The notes below the pieces were generated by a model. It was given only the letters and a program-made list of their open reading frames with translations. It was not told the origin of the DNA and searched no databases. From Octopus vulgaris (Eukaryota), in the NCBI GenBank assembly GCA_951406725.2, contig OX597821.1, positions 25,668,001-25,732,000 of the forward strand: a stretch of 64,000 nucleotides of DNA, read 5' to 3'. Positions 49,461 through 61,388 of the stretch are shown here, piece by piece. Position numbers and translations under genes: made by a program. The number at the start of each line of letters is the position of its first letter. The stretch's first letter is position 1.

Positions 49461-50689
49461 ATGCTATTCATGATGGAAGTGAGGTAGAGTGCTAAGAGTA
49501 TGAAGGTGAAAGAGATAGAGAGATAATGTTATACAGTTGAAGTGGGATATTGAATAGAGTAAAGGAAAAGTGACACGAGAGGTTACTGAAGAGGTCAGCA
49601 GATGAAGATTTAACATGAATATAATGAGTGAAAGAGCCATTGTATATACATGTAGTATTATACAACTCAACCATCATCACCACCACTACTCCTCCAACCA
49701 CTTTTTTTTCCATGCTTGCATTGAGGTACAGGTTTTTCCAACATAGTGTGTTACCATTTGCCACTATTTGTTATCATCTTCATTGTGAGGTTCAGCTTCT
49801 TGTGGTCAGTCTTCACCACTTCATCCCTTGCAAATACCACTTGCATATACATACTGTACATATAATACATTGACAAATTGATTGATACACACACACACAC
49901 ACACAGATATGCATTTGTATGTATGATATCGTCATCATTCTATGTCTGCTCTCTCTACGGGCATGGGTAGCACCACAGCTTGTTCCAATGTCTCATTTTT
50001 GGTATCGTTCCTATGACCCAATGCCCTTATTAACACTATTACAGAGTGTATTCTCTATGTTTTTTGTTACCAGCACTATAGAGGTTGCCTTACTATCAAT
50101 AGGGCTGAAGAGCCCTCTCAAGCCCTGCAGTATCACTGTCTGAATCAATTACTAATCACATTGAGCATACTGGGTGCTTCATGTGGCACCAACACTGTTG
50201 GGGTTGCCTTACCACTTGTAAAGCTAAGGAGAGCACTTCCCCACTCAAGCATCATGATTCAAGAAGAAAGAAAAGAGAAAGGAAGGGTAGCAAGATATAA
50301 GTGGTGGGGATGTGGAAAAAGGAGATATTCAGTATGCACTAATTGAGTACTCTCCTCTTAATTATGCGTGTCATGACACAGTGAGTAAAGGAAATGAGGG
50401 AGTCTAGAATAGGCACAGTAGTTAGGGGAGTGGATGGTGGTGGGCTACGAGGATATAGAATGGACAACAGGTGGGTACAGATGCATACAAACAATAACAT
50501 ATAAGTAAGAGAGTGGGTGTGCTCTAAGATTAAGTGAACGGTTGGATCTTCTGAAGCCCTATGTAACATCAGTCAACAAGGTCTTCAGTGTGTATAAACA
50601 CACACACATGTGCACTCACACACAAGTACACTCACACATATGTGCACTCACACCACATGCACTCACACACATGTGCACTTGCACACATA

Positions 50690-51040
50690 CTATGTGGTTA
50701 AGAAGCTTGCTTTGCAACTATACGGTTACAAGTTCAGTCCTTCTCTATGGCACCCTGGACAAGTGTCTTCTACTATAGCTCCAATAACATAGGGCTGACC
50801 AATGCCTTGTAAATGAATTTGGTAAATGGACATTGTGTGTGTATATATACCTATTTGTGTGTGTGTGTGTGTCTTTGTGTTTATGCATGACCCTCTCCAC
50901 CATTGCTTCACAACTGGTGTTGGTTTCTTTATAGATTGTGGCAAAAGGACCAAAAGAATAAGTGCTGGCATTGATTTGTTCAACTAAAACCTTCGTGGCA
51001 GTGCCCCAGCATTGTCATACTCCTGTGATTGAAACAAATA
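50690..51040 (+). mobile_element. SINE family B, diverged
   Basis: Head, microsatellite and tail colinear with 37464-37908. Confidence 0.75.
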
Positions 51041-51058
51041 AATGATAAAAGACACACA

Positions 51059-51283
51059 GCGAGCTGGCAGAAACGTTAGCACGCCGGGCGAAATGCGTAG
51101 CCGTATTTCGTCTGCCGTTACATTCTGGGTTCAAATTCCGCCAAGGTTGACATTGCCTTTCATCTTTTCGGGGTTGATAAATTAAGTACCAGTTACGCAC
51201 TGGGGTCGATGTAATCGACTTAATCCATTTGTCTATCCTTTTGTCCCCTCTGTGTTTAGCCCCTTGTGGGTAGTAAAGAAATA
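51059..51283 (+). mobile_element. SINE family A, young
   Basis: Perfect 15-bp TSD GATAAAAGACACACA at 51044-51058 and 51284-51298. Confidence 0.93.
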
Positions 51284-52060
51284 GATAAAAGACACACATT
51301 GTACACACACACACATATTGGACTTACTATTGTGAATGTTCTTCACATAGAATTAATGTGTGAAATGTCTAAGTGTTGCACAGGCACATGTACCCTTCCC
51401 ATAATTCTCATTTATAATCAGTGTAGTATACAGTATGACAGAGTGGCCCCTTTGAAATACAGGCACAATTTATCCAATGGGCTCCTGCAAAGTTTCTATT
51501 TATCCAAATTCATTCACAATGCTTGAGTTAACCCAAGACTATAGTAATAAACATTTACTGAATATGCCTTATGGTGGGGTCAAAACCAGGACCTTATGGC
51601 TCCAAAACGAACTTCTCAGTCATGTTTGTATACACACACACATACTCTCTCTCTCTCTCACTCATAAAAATATAATTAATATGTTATGTTGACTGATTGA
51701 ATTAAAAATATCTCAAGGCACGTACATTAAAATAAACATATTTTAGTGGTAATTTTAATGTGATTTTAATGTATATGCCTTGAGTTGTTTTTAATTCAGA
51801 CGGTCTTCATAACAGTATATTTAATTTATATTGTTTTGAATCGCTTTTTCTAAGGTGAACTCTGGTAGATTCTGTTGCAGTCCAATTAGTCTGACACACG
51901 TGCACCCACACACACACACACAAAACACAGAATTTGTGTATGATTAAGAAGTTGGCTTCCCCAATGTGTAGGTTCCAGTTCAGTCCCACTGCAAAGCACA
52001 TTGGATGAATGCTGACCAAACCTTTTGAGTGAATTTAGTAGACCAAGCCTGCAAGAAGTC

Positions 52061-52101
<41 letters not shown>

Positions 52102-52167
52102 CGTGCACTTATATGTATGTGTGTATACATATATGTATGTGTATATAAATATATATATATATATATA

Positions 52168-52277
52168 TCACGTGACCGACCAGACCATCAGATGTTGTTA
52201 CACATCGCTGGTCACAATGCGTTCGCATTGTTTTAGCCTTCGAATGACGCCACCCCGCTGGCTAAGCGAGCAGGCCA
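52168..52277 (-). mobile_element. SINE family D tail (type 2) fragment inside (TA)n
   Basis: Reverse complement of ~55217-55330. Confidence 0.8.
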
Positions 52278-52479
52278 TATATATATATATATACACACAG
52301 ATACATGTGCACACACACATACACACACATATCATCATTGTTTAACATGCTTCTTCCATATATATATATTGCGTTTGCTCATTCATTACACACACACTCA
52401 CACACACACACATGCACACACACACATTTGTACACACATGTAGATATTGCTTTCTTGCTTGCTCCTTGTTTTTTCTTGA

Positions 52480-53385
52480 TGGGACTGGGGTCAATCCAGG
52501 TTAGTGATCCCAGAGATGTCATTGTGCATAGACACAACTAGGTTTACCGGTGCTCCCTATCACCGACAGTCCTGTGCCAACCCCTCTACATCCTCCAAGA
52601 TAACATTGTGCCTCCGGAGATCTTTCTTAATCATGTCCAGTCATCTGGTGCACAACCTGCCACGGGGCTGCTTCCAGCCCACAGCTCCTACATTGAAGGA
52701 GAGTAACACCCTGGTAAGATAATCTGGTGGGAGGCCGAGGACATGTCCAAACATGTGCATGCAGCAGACAGCTATGCGGCGGAAGGCCAGGGGCTGATGT
52801 GTGCAGTGCACTCAACTCTTTGTTGGAAATGTGATGGTACCATCTGATGTTTTCAGTGGTTCTGAGGGCCCTGCTATTGAAGTCATTGATCCTCTTTGCT
52901 GGGGTCTTTATGGGAGACCATGTTTCTGCTCCATAGATGAGAATGGAGGAGAAGGCCAATATATTGTAGATGCAGAGCTTTGTCTTCCAGGAGATAGAGC
53001 AGTGGCACCAAAGGGGCTTCCATAGAGAGTACATGATACCAGTGGCCAGACCACATCTGTGGTTGATCTCCAGGATCAGGTAGATGAAGGAGCTGACAAA
53101 CTCCATGACTTTGGGACCAATATGGAGAGCAGGAGGGTCTGGTCCATCACTGACATGTATCAGCTTTGTCTTCACCCAACTCACCTGAAGGCCAAGTTTT
53201 GCTGATTCCTCTCAGTATATGGTCAGTGTATCCCTGAGCTGGTCAATCGAGTTGTTGAATAGGGCAGTATCATCTGCATATTCCAGGTTAGTAAGGTAAT
53301 AGTCCCCAAAGGTAATGCCAGAGACTCACTCATAGACCTTGGTCATCAGATAATTGATAATACAGATGAATAGGTCGGGGTTGGA
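52480..53385 (-). mobile_element. RTE-like LINE fragment (RT C-terminal half)
   Basis: Minus strand: LEYADDTA, FIYL, ILIYGAETW. Confidence 0.8.
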
Positions 53386-53650
53386 GTATATATATACCAT
53401 GCTAATACAGTAACGCCTTGATATAGAAGTTAATTTGTTCCTAGAGACTGCTCATAAAGTGAAAACTCATGAAGCAGAGCAATAATTTCTCATAGTAGCA
53501 ATGTTATAAATTGTAATTTGTAAAAATTTTACTTATAAAATTTATACTCATAAATAAATGGCATTAAAACAACAGTAGAATATAAAGAATATTTTATGTA
53601 AAGTAAAAAGTATGTGAAGATCATTTATAATAAAAAAGAATATTATTATT

Positions 53651-53901
53651 TTTATGGAGATGTACTTGCATAGCGAGTGACTTGATCTGAGATCGTGTGC
53701 TGGAACGAAAACAATTGCAGCGTGGGAGGTGTTTACAAGCCATTTAAGAAACACACAAAACCGTTAGATTCACTTCAACATTTAAATTTAATTTGTCAAA
53801 ATATTTTCGTCTCTTTGAGACCGCGACCTGTTCACTGACAAAGCTTCGTGTGTGTTTTGTGTGTTTCTTAAATGGCTTATAAACACCTCCCACGCTGCAA
53901 T
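53651..53901 (-). mobile_element. Penelope-like terminal repeat with a short inverted copy
   Basis: 53853-53901 is the reverse complement of ~53713-53760. Flanked by duplicated AATATTATTATT; hammerhead-like fold at 53792-53842. Confidence 0.65.
53792..53842 (-). ncRNA. Minimal hammerhead-like motif, variant core GUGAACA
   Basis: TTTGTCA-GTGAACA-G-GTCGC(GGTCTCAAA)GAGAC-GAAA-ATAT-TT-TGACAAA; perfect 7-bp stem I. Confidence 0.55.
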
Positions 53902-54434
53902 ATTATTATTATAATCATTTTCTGAATCCCTTTCACTCGCACTGGACTCATGCACACCATCACTTGTAGACGCAAATGCCACTCTTTATAAATTTCCCAG
54001 TAACATGCAGAAGCATTCGTTATGATAGTAGAAACTTTTGCACTTCATTCAAAATTTGGATCTTGTGCTTGAAAAATAAAATTCATAAACCTGAGGTCTC
54101 ATAAAGTGAGGTACATAAATATATACATATATATAGATATACATCTTAAAAGTTCAGGATTCAAGTGAATTAGGTCCTTAAAGAGTAAAGCACCAAGATT
54201 GGGTGAGTGAAATCACTATTATGAACAAACAAAATCAGAACATATATATGTACATACTGGAGTAAAGACAGATTTGTATTCCATTCTCTGGCCGAAATTC
54301 ACCAGGGAATCAAGAAATGGTGCATTGCATGGATTTGTGCAGTGTTTTTTTTTTATGTTTTATTCATGCATATTATTCACCTGATGAAAATGTTTTTTTT
54401 TCCACAAGATGTAATAACTCTATTCATAAATAAA

Positions 54435-54795
54435 AGCAATGCACCCTGTCACCAAGCTCTCCACACTGATGAATTTCTTACCAAAAACAACATGGTATCG
54501 CTTCTGCACCCACCCTATTTATCATATTTAACACCTGCAGACTTCCATCTCTTCCCCAAGATGAAATTGCTGCTCAAAGGGCCACCATTGTGGAGATCTT
54601 GGTAGAATTGCAGAAGGTCCTTGACTCACTTACGGAAAACAACTTTCATGCCAGATTCCAAAAATGGAAGAAATGCTGGGACCAGTGTATCATTGTGCAA
54701 TGTGACTATTTCGAAGGAGATGATGTTAAAACTTAGGCAAATAAGTTACTTTTTATTAAACATAACTTGTCTGAGATCATTTTGATACCACTTCG
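54435..54795 (+). mobile_element. mariner-like 3' fragment with TIR
   Basis: NAPCH...HPPYLSYLTPADFHLFPKMK; ends TTTTGATACCACTTCG|TA. Confidence 0.85.
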
Positions 54796-55026
54796 TAGAA
54801 TAAGGATTTGAAGTAGTTTGTTCTATTTGACTTGAGTCAGAAATTCTGGAAGCATGCATTGCCTCTAAGTGCAACACAAAAGATATATAAATCTATGTGT
54901 GTGTGTGTGTACGTCATCATCATCATCATCATCGTCATCATCATTTAATCTGTTTTTCATGCTAGCATGGGTTGGAACATGTGTGTGTGTGTGTGTATGT
55001 GTGTGTATATATATATATTTACAGGT

Positions 55027-55338
55027 GGAGGCGCAATGGTCCAGTGGTTAGGGCAGCGGACTCGCGGTTGTAGGATCGTGGTTTCGATTCCCAAACCGGG
55101 CATTGTGAGTGTTTATTGAGCAAAAACACCTAAAAGCTCCACATGGCTCCGGCAGGAGGTAGTGGCGATCCCTGCTGTACTCTTTCGCCACAACTTTCTC
55201 TCACTCTTTCTTCTGTTGGCCTGCTCGCTTAGCCAGCGGGGTGGCGTCATTTGAAGGCTAAAACAATGTGAAACGCATTGTGACCAGCGATGTGTAGCAG
55301 CATCTGATAGCCTGGTCGGTCACGGTGATCACGGTGAT
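55027..55338 (+). mobile_element. tRNA-derived SINE family D (tail type 2), young
   Basis: CpG-rich head with A-box TGGTCCAGTGG and B-box GGTTTCGATTCC; tail ending in (TCACGGTGA)2. Confidence 0.88.
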
Positions 55339-56189
55339 ATATATTTACATATATTACAGTAGGCTTCATGCAGTTTCCATCAGTTTCCATTCACACACAA
55401 AGTATTGACCATCCTGGGACTGTAAGAAAAGATACTTACCCAGGGAGCCATGCTATGAGACTGAAGCTGATACCATGGCTACAAAGCTAGCTTCTTAATA
55501 ACAATGCCTTAGTATGTGCTTTTTATTGTGTGTGAGTGTGCATGTGTGCGTGTGTGTGTGTGTGTGTATGCACATATGTATAGAAATAAAGCACCTGAAG
55601 ATGTTGGGCGAATTGAATGGCTGAAATATAGAGTATAAGATATAGAGTTGAAATTATTAATTTGGAAATGTCAAACGGTTGTGACCATAATTGATCTGAG
55701 AGAAATATGGAATTAGCTAATTCTGTTGGGGTGCTCTTTATAAATCTACATTGTCAACCCCTTCCTTTACCTATCACACACAATCCATCTTCATAACAAA
55801 CTGTCTAAACATCGTAATCTTCTTCACAATCATTCAATATTTGTTCACTATCTCCAAAAATAGAAACTTTCACAAAAATATTTTTTCCATCATTGTTTTT
55901 CACAAAGATAATGATTCTTTTTGTTTGGCATCACATGAACAAAAATAGAACCATAAAACTCTCTCCTCCTCCCTCTCTCTCTCTCTCTCCCCCTCTCTCT
56001 CATCTTAAATTGATTCTTCCCTCTCTGTTATGCTTTCTTCATTATTATTCTTATCACTTTTAAATCTAATTCTTGTTATCTTCTCAGTTTCTGTTTTGAT
56101 GTTTTTACAATTACCAAGTCAAAATATACTTTGACATGTCATATTGTTGTTGTGTCTTTTTTTTTTTTATCTATCATCAGAATATAACT

Positions 56190-56410
56190 GATAGTATTGT
56201 CAAACATGTGGCTGACTTGGTCACCAAAAATGCAGCTAGCTGACTTACTTTCCAAAATATGTAGTTAACTTTTTGCTTAACATGTAGCTGACTACTTTAT
56301 CAAACATGTAACTAGTGTCATCATCAAACAAGTATTCATCAACCATGTAGCTATATTTTCTATCAAACCTGTACATAATAATGTAGGAGTCATCATTGCC
56401 AAACATGTAT
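56190..56410. repeat. Degenerate ~24-27-bp tandem array (CAAACATGTAGCTGAC core)
   Basis: Repeated AAACATGT(A/G) units are visible. Confidence 0.65.
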
Positions 56411-56411
56411 T

Positions 56412-56885
56412 GGTGCAGGCATGGTTGTATGGTGAAGACGTTTACTTCCCCATCATGTAGTTTCAGGTTCAATTCTACTCATTGGTACCTTAGTGTCTTC
56501 TACTAAGACCCCGGGTTGGCCAAAGTCATGTGAATGAATTTAGTTGACAGAAATTGAAAGAAGCCCATCGTATATGCGTGTTTGTGTGTGTGTGTGTTGT
56601 GTACTTGTGTGTGCATGTAGTTTGGCATGTATGTGTATGCATTTGTATCTCATTGTCTTGAGATTAAATAAAAGTTGTAAACATGTGTCATTGTCATACA
56701 AGTGATGCCCTTCATTTTCGGTCTTCTGTGGAGGCATGTTCAACCACAGGGAAGTACTACCTTGCTTGAAAATAGGTGAGGGTTGGTGACAGGAAGGGTA
56801 TCCAGTTGTAGAAAATCTGCTCCACTGAATTCCACCTGAACCATGCAAACATTAAAAGTGAACATAAAAATAATGATGACGATGT
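56412..56885 (+). mobile_element. SINE family B head joined to an RTE-type tail
   Basis: GGTGCAGGCATGGTTGTATGG head, (TG)n, then GGTTGGTGACAGGAAGGGTATCCAG...(ATG)n. Confidence 0.8.
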
Positions 56886-57683
56886 ATGTAATTAATAATG
56901 CAGTATCGTCATCATCATCATCATCCAGTATTTTAAATCTGGGTTTTGTACCTGTCAACAGGGGTGGCCAGATCAACCTTAATGCCATAGCATCTGAAGC
57001 AGGTAGGTGCAGCCCACCCCATCCTTTGGGCTGGTTGGTGCCCATTCTTCCTTGCTATCATGAGGCTTTTTTGGAGCTAAATTTTCTACAGGGAGCATGC
57101 CCTTCCTTATACCCAACCTCAGTTTCTAGACATGAGTGGTCCCGAGACCAAGGACTCTGCCATGATTTTTAAGAAATGTGGTGGAAAACTAGCTCAGGAA
57201 GGCAGGGACGCTACTCCCTGAGACCCCTTTCGGAGCCCCCCTACCTACTAAACTACTAATTAGTTATTACTGCAGTTAAATTCATAAACTGTTTCAAATT
57301 TTGATACAAGGTCAGCAGCCTTTAACAGGAGGAATAAATCAATCACATCACTCCTAGTATTTAACTGGTATGCTATTTTATTGATCTTGAAAGAACAAAA
57401 GGCAAAGTTGATCCTGAACTCAGAATGTAAAGAACTGGAAGAAATGCCACAAAGCATTTTGTCTGATGTGCTAACAATTCTGCCAACTTGCCGCCTTAGG
57501 TGGGTGATTGCTTGGATTAAAGGTATAAGTAATAATGTAGATCTGCCCATGCTCATTTCCTTCCCCCTTCTACCACCCATTTTTCATGACCCCTCTCTTC
57601 TTTTAAATCACAATGCTTAAGTAATTGATTACTGCAGCAGATCTTTTTGTACCTGATACACTTGTCTTCCTACCCTATATACT

Positions 57684-57914
57684 TATTTCTTTATTACCCA
57701 CAAGGGGCTAAACATAGAGAGGACAAACAAGGATAGACATAGGTATTAAGTCGATTACATCGACCCCAGTGCGTAACTGGTACTTAATTTATCGACCCCG
57801 AAAGGATGAAAGGCAAAGTCGACCTTGGCAGAATTTGAACTCAGAACGTAACAGCAGACGAAATACCGCTAGGCATTTCGCCCGGTGTGCTAACGTTTCT
57901 ACCAGCTCGCCGCC
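57684..57914 (-). mobile_element. SINE family A
   Basis: 17-bp TSD TTCCTACCCTATATACT at 57667-57683 and 57928-57944. Confidence 0.92.
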
Positions 57915-58499
57915 TATATACTATATATTCCTACCCTATATACTGTTTGCCCACACTCCCTAATCCTTACATCCCTTCTTTTCTGAAATCCACCATTCTC
58001 TCTAATCAACTAACATCATTCAGCGTTCCTTGTCTCTATGTTGGCATCTGTCACATGCTTTCTCTTTCTCACTAGCAAACCTCGTTAACTCTCACCCATC
58101 ATGATGCCTGAGTAATGCAGGTTGCATCAGATCTGATAGAATTTGATACACCTTGCCTGCTCTCTCTCTCTCTCTCTCTCTTTCGCCCTCTCTCTCCCCT
58201 CTCCCTCTCTCCCCTGCCAACTAACATTTGCTGTCTTTCACTACTCTTCTTCAGATCAACTCTTTATTGATTTTATTGATACCCCTCTCTCTTAACATTA
58301 TCCTTCTGTGCAGCTTCTAACTACTCTCTTTCTCTCCAACTACTCCCCACCCACGAGGCCACTCATCTATCATTTGTGATTGACATCCATCACATTATTT
58401 TTTGTTCTATCTTGGGAGGGTCATTGCACCAACAACACACACACTGGCTCATTTCAGATCATTACAATTAAGTCTTATCAATCCAGCAAAAAATAAATG

Positions 58500-59200
58500 T
58501 AAAGTGATAATGGTGTAGCTGATGCTATAGTCAATGATGTAAATGGTATTGTTGCTAACACTATAGGTAATGATATAAATAATAAGCTAGCTGACCCTAT
58601 AGTCAATGATATAAATAGTAATCTGGCTGACTCTAACACTCTGTGATATACACTGTAATGTAGTTAACTCTATCGTCCTCAATATAAATAGTAATGTAGC
58701 TGACTCTATAGTATGTCATATAAATAGAAACATAGCTGACCACTATAGTCTGTAATAGTAATGTAACTGATACTATAGTCTGTATTAGTAATGTAACTGA
58801 CACTATAGTCTGTAATAGTAATGTAACTGACAGTATAGTCTATGATATAAATAGTAATATAGGTAACTCTATAGTAATGTAGATGACACTGTAGCCTATG
58901 ATATAAATAGTAATGTAGCTGAAATTGCAGTCTATAATATAAATAGTAATGTAACTGATAGTATAGTCTATTGTATAAATAGCAATGTAACTGACACTAT
59001 AAAGCAATGATATAAATAGTAATGTAACTGACATAATAATTTATGGTATAAATACTAATGTGCTTGACCCTGTAAGTAATGATATAAATAATCATGTTGT
59101 CAACTATATTATCACTTATGGAAATAGAAATGTAGTTGTCCTTATAGTCTAATGTGTAAATAGTAAAGTAGCCAACACTATAAGGAATTGTATGTATAAT
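58500..59200. repeat. Degenerate 36-bp minisatellite with a younger 30-bp sub-array
   Basis: Unit approximately CTATAGTCAATGATATAAATAGTAATGTAGCTGACA; near-identical 30-mers at 58741-58840. Confidence 0.9.
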
Positions 59201-59561
59201 ACTCATGTCAACCATGAAGCTGATAGTCTCATTTAATGTCAAGGTAAATCTCTCTAAAGCCCCTGGAGGTTAATTCAGTCTTATTCTCAGCTCCAGTTTC
59301 AATGAGTTTAACGGATAAGAGGTGATTTTTCTCCCTTTGATAGCATGTTTGTCTATGGCCATCAACATTCTGAGACCCACAACATACTGGAATTTACTAA
59401 TTCCATTAAATCTGTGGATGAATTTCCATGTGGTCAGTACACCTGTCAAGAAATTGCAATGAATATTCTCTTGCATGAAATCTCAACTATCATGAAAAGA
59501 GGACATGTAGGATAATGTAGTTATATATCAGTTGGGTGATATGGTCATATTTGAAAATGTC

Positions 59562-60021
59562 TGTAGTGACGCTACTGTGGAAGTTTCAGCGCACATGCGC
59601 AGAATTGGATTACTTCCGGTAGGCAGCCGGAAGTTCCCTCATGCGCATGCACAGGAACTGCAACCTGGAAGCGTAACCGCTAAATCGGTCTTTTTGGAAG
59701 AGCAGTGCTAACGAGCGGATGTGGCTAAGACTTCTCTCAGGGAAGACCCTACGCACAAAGAAGCTCTCTCTTCGAAGCGGGAATGAACACCATATCTTCT
59801 AGGCTCACCTGAATGAAAATTGTAAACAGTCCTGTGGACTTGGCTGCTGGTTCGCCCTTAAGAAATATATAAGTATATATTTTACCTGTGAACCCGAAGA
59901 ATAAACTACTACTTATTGTTATTGAAGACAGCCGGATTTTTTGGTTCCTTTTCTTCGACTTGTATGTGACAAGATAAGACCAGACACCCCTCCAGTGTTC
60001 CTGAACTCTCATCTTGTTACA
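59562..60021 (+). mobile_element. Solo LTR (460 bp)
   Basis: TGTA...TACA termini, perfect 4-bp TSD TGTC (59558-61 and 60022-25), TATA-like motif at 59866, AATAAA at 59900, CpG-rich. Confidence 0.85.
59589..59651. promoter_or_regulatory. Candidate NRF1/ETS motif cassette inside the solo LTR
   Basis: GCGCACATGCGCA, ATTGG, ACTTCCGG-N7-CCGGAAGT, CATGCGCATGCA. Confidence 0.5.
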
Positions 60022-60204
60022 TGTCTATGACAATAGGTCTGCTCAATTAAAGTAGAGCTAGCTTTAAACAACAAATATTGGAGCCTGTTCTTCACAGCTC
60101 ATTGTTCTGTGGCATGTGAAATTTACTGGCTTGTCCAGATATAAATAAAAGGTTTGCAAAAACTGGAAATCTAGAACAGAGTTTGTTGCAATCCTGTACA
60201 ATAT

Positions 60205-60765
60205 TTAACCCTTTTGTTAGCATATTGCTGTTGAAATACAATGTCTTTATTTCAATTTATTTTGAAAATAATGTACAATTTAGTAAAATAATTTCATCAT
60301 TATTAAGATGATGTCTTGAACATAAATGAACATGATGCCTTGAGTGAAAGTTTTAATTTAGAACACTTTAAGATGGGAAGTTTGCATCATAGATCCAGAA
60401 GTGGTGTTTAATGGATTAGTGTTATGATGTGGGTATACATGTCCGGTGTAAAATGGTATTACACAAATAAATAGTTGGTTGTGGTTATCTAAAATATAAC
60501 CTATCACAGAAATATGTGATAACATAGAACGCACTCCGTACTATTTGAACATAGGTACGATACTCAGTATTCACTGTTCAACTACCGACTGTTCAACCAA
60601 CACACGTCGAACCAACATGGTAAGCCAACACAGGTAAATTAACACCATCAACTACTCTCTTGACAGTTCACTCAGTTCTTATTTGTTGTAATCAATTAAT
60701 CCACCTTCAGTCATGTAGGGTGGGGGTTTCAGGGTTCTCCCATAACAGTTAGTATCAAAGGGTTT
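60205..60765. mobile_element. TTAA-type MITE split by a solo LTR
   Basis: Starts TTAACCCTTTTG; the end GTTAGTATCAAAGGGTTTA resumes after 60747. Homolog of 12282-12493. Confidence 0.75.
60420..60747. mobile_element. Solo LTR (328 bp)
   Basis: Perfect 7-bp terminal IR TGTTATG/CATAACA; 5-bp TSD ATTAG/GTTAG. Confidence 0.75.
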
Positions 60766-61306
60766 ATATGAATATTTTCCTTTTACTTAACGAACACGTA
60801 AATGTGCCATCAAACAGGCAAATTTGTTATGAAAACATGTAACTATGGTATCAAACATCTAGTCATTGACAAAACCATTTCCCCATGTATTTTAGGCTTC
60901 TTCCAAGTTTTGCAAACTTATCCATGTGTTATAAACTTCCTCAAAGTGATGTAAGCTCCTTGCAGATGTTATAAAGCTGCCGTGCTGAAGTTGTATGTAA
61001 ATCACTTGGGTGTTGTGACCTTTGGATGTATCAAATATTTTAGAAGGAGGTAACTACCAGCATCTGCCACATTATGGCTGTCTCAAGTAACAGGAATTTG
61101 TGCTTACAGAAATTGTAAATTATGACTACTAATTTCAGGGTATGGTCTGTAATTTTGCTCTTATGGAAAGTTAAATGGTTTTTAAGAATTTAAAAACTAC
61201 ACTTTGTTCTTAGCCAAAAGGCTGTTACTTCATGTTTCAGCTAACATCAAAGTAGTTAAAAATTTGTAAAACTATAATCATGATACAAACATATGTATTA
61301 TATAAT

Positions 61307-61388
<82 letters not shown>

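Larger units (their letters stand above)
53408..54115. mobile_element. pogo/Tigger-like non-autonomous element interrupted by a PLE insertion
   Basis: TA|CAGTAACGCCTTGATAT left end; degenerate ATAAAGTGAGGTAC right end. Confidence 0.4.

Noticed and set aside
55027-55100. tRNA gene
   Set aside because: The tRNA-like head continues directly into a SINE body that has other copies; not a stand-alone gene.
58500-59200. CRISPR-like periodicity
   Set aside because: Units are contiguous degenerate repeats without unique spacers; eukaryotic context and no cas genes.
59562-60021. Host-gene CpG-island promoter
   Set aside because: The CpG-rich segment is exactly bounded by TG...CA and a 4-bp TSD, so it is a solo LTR.
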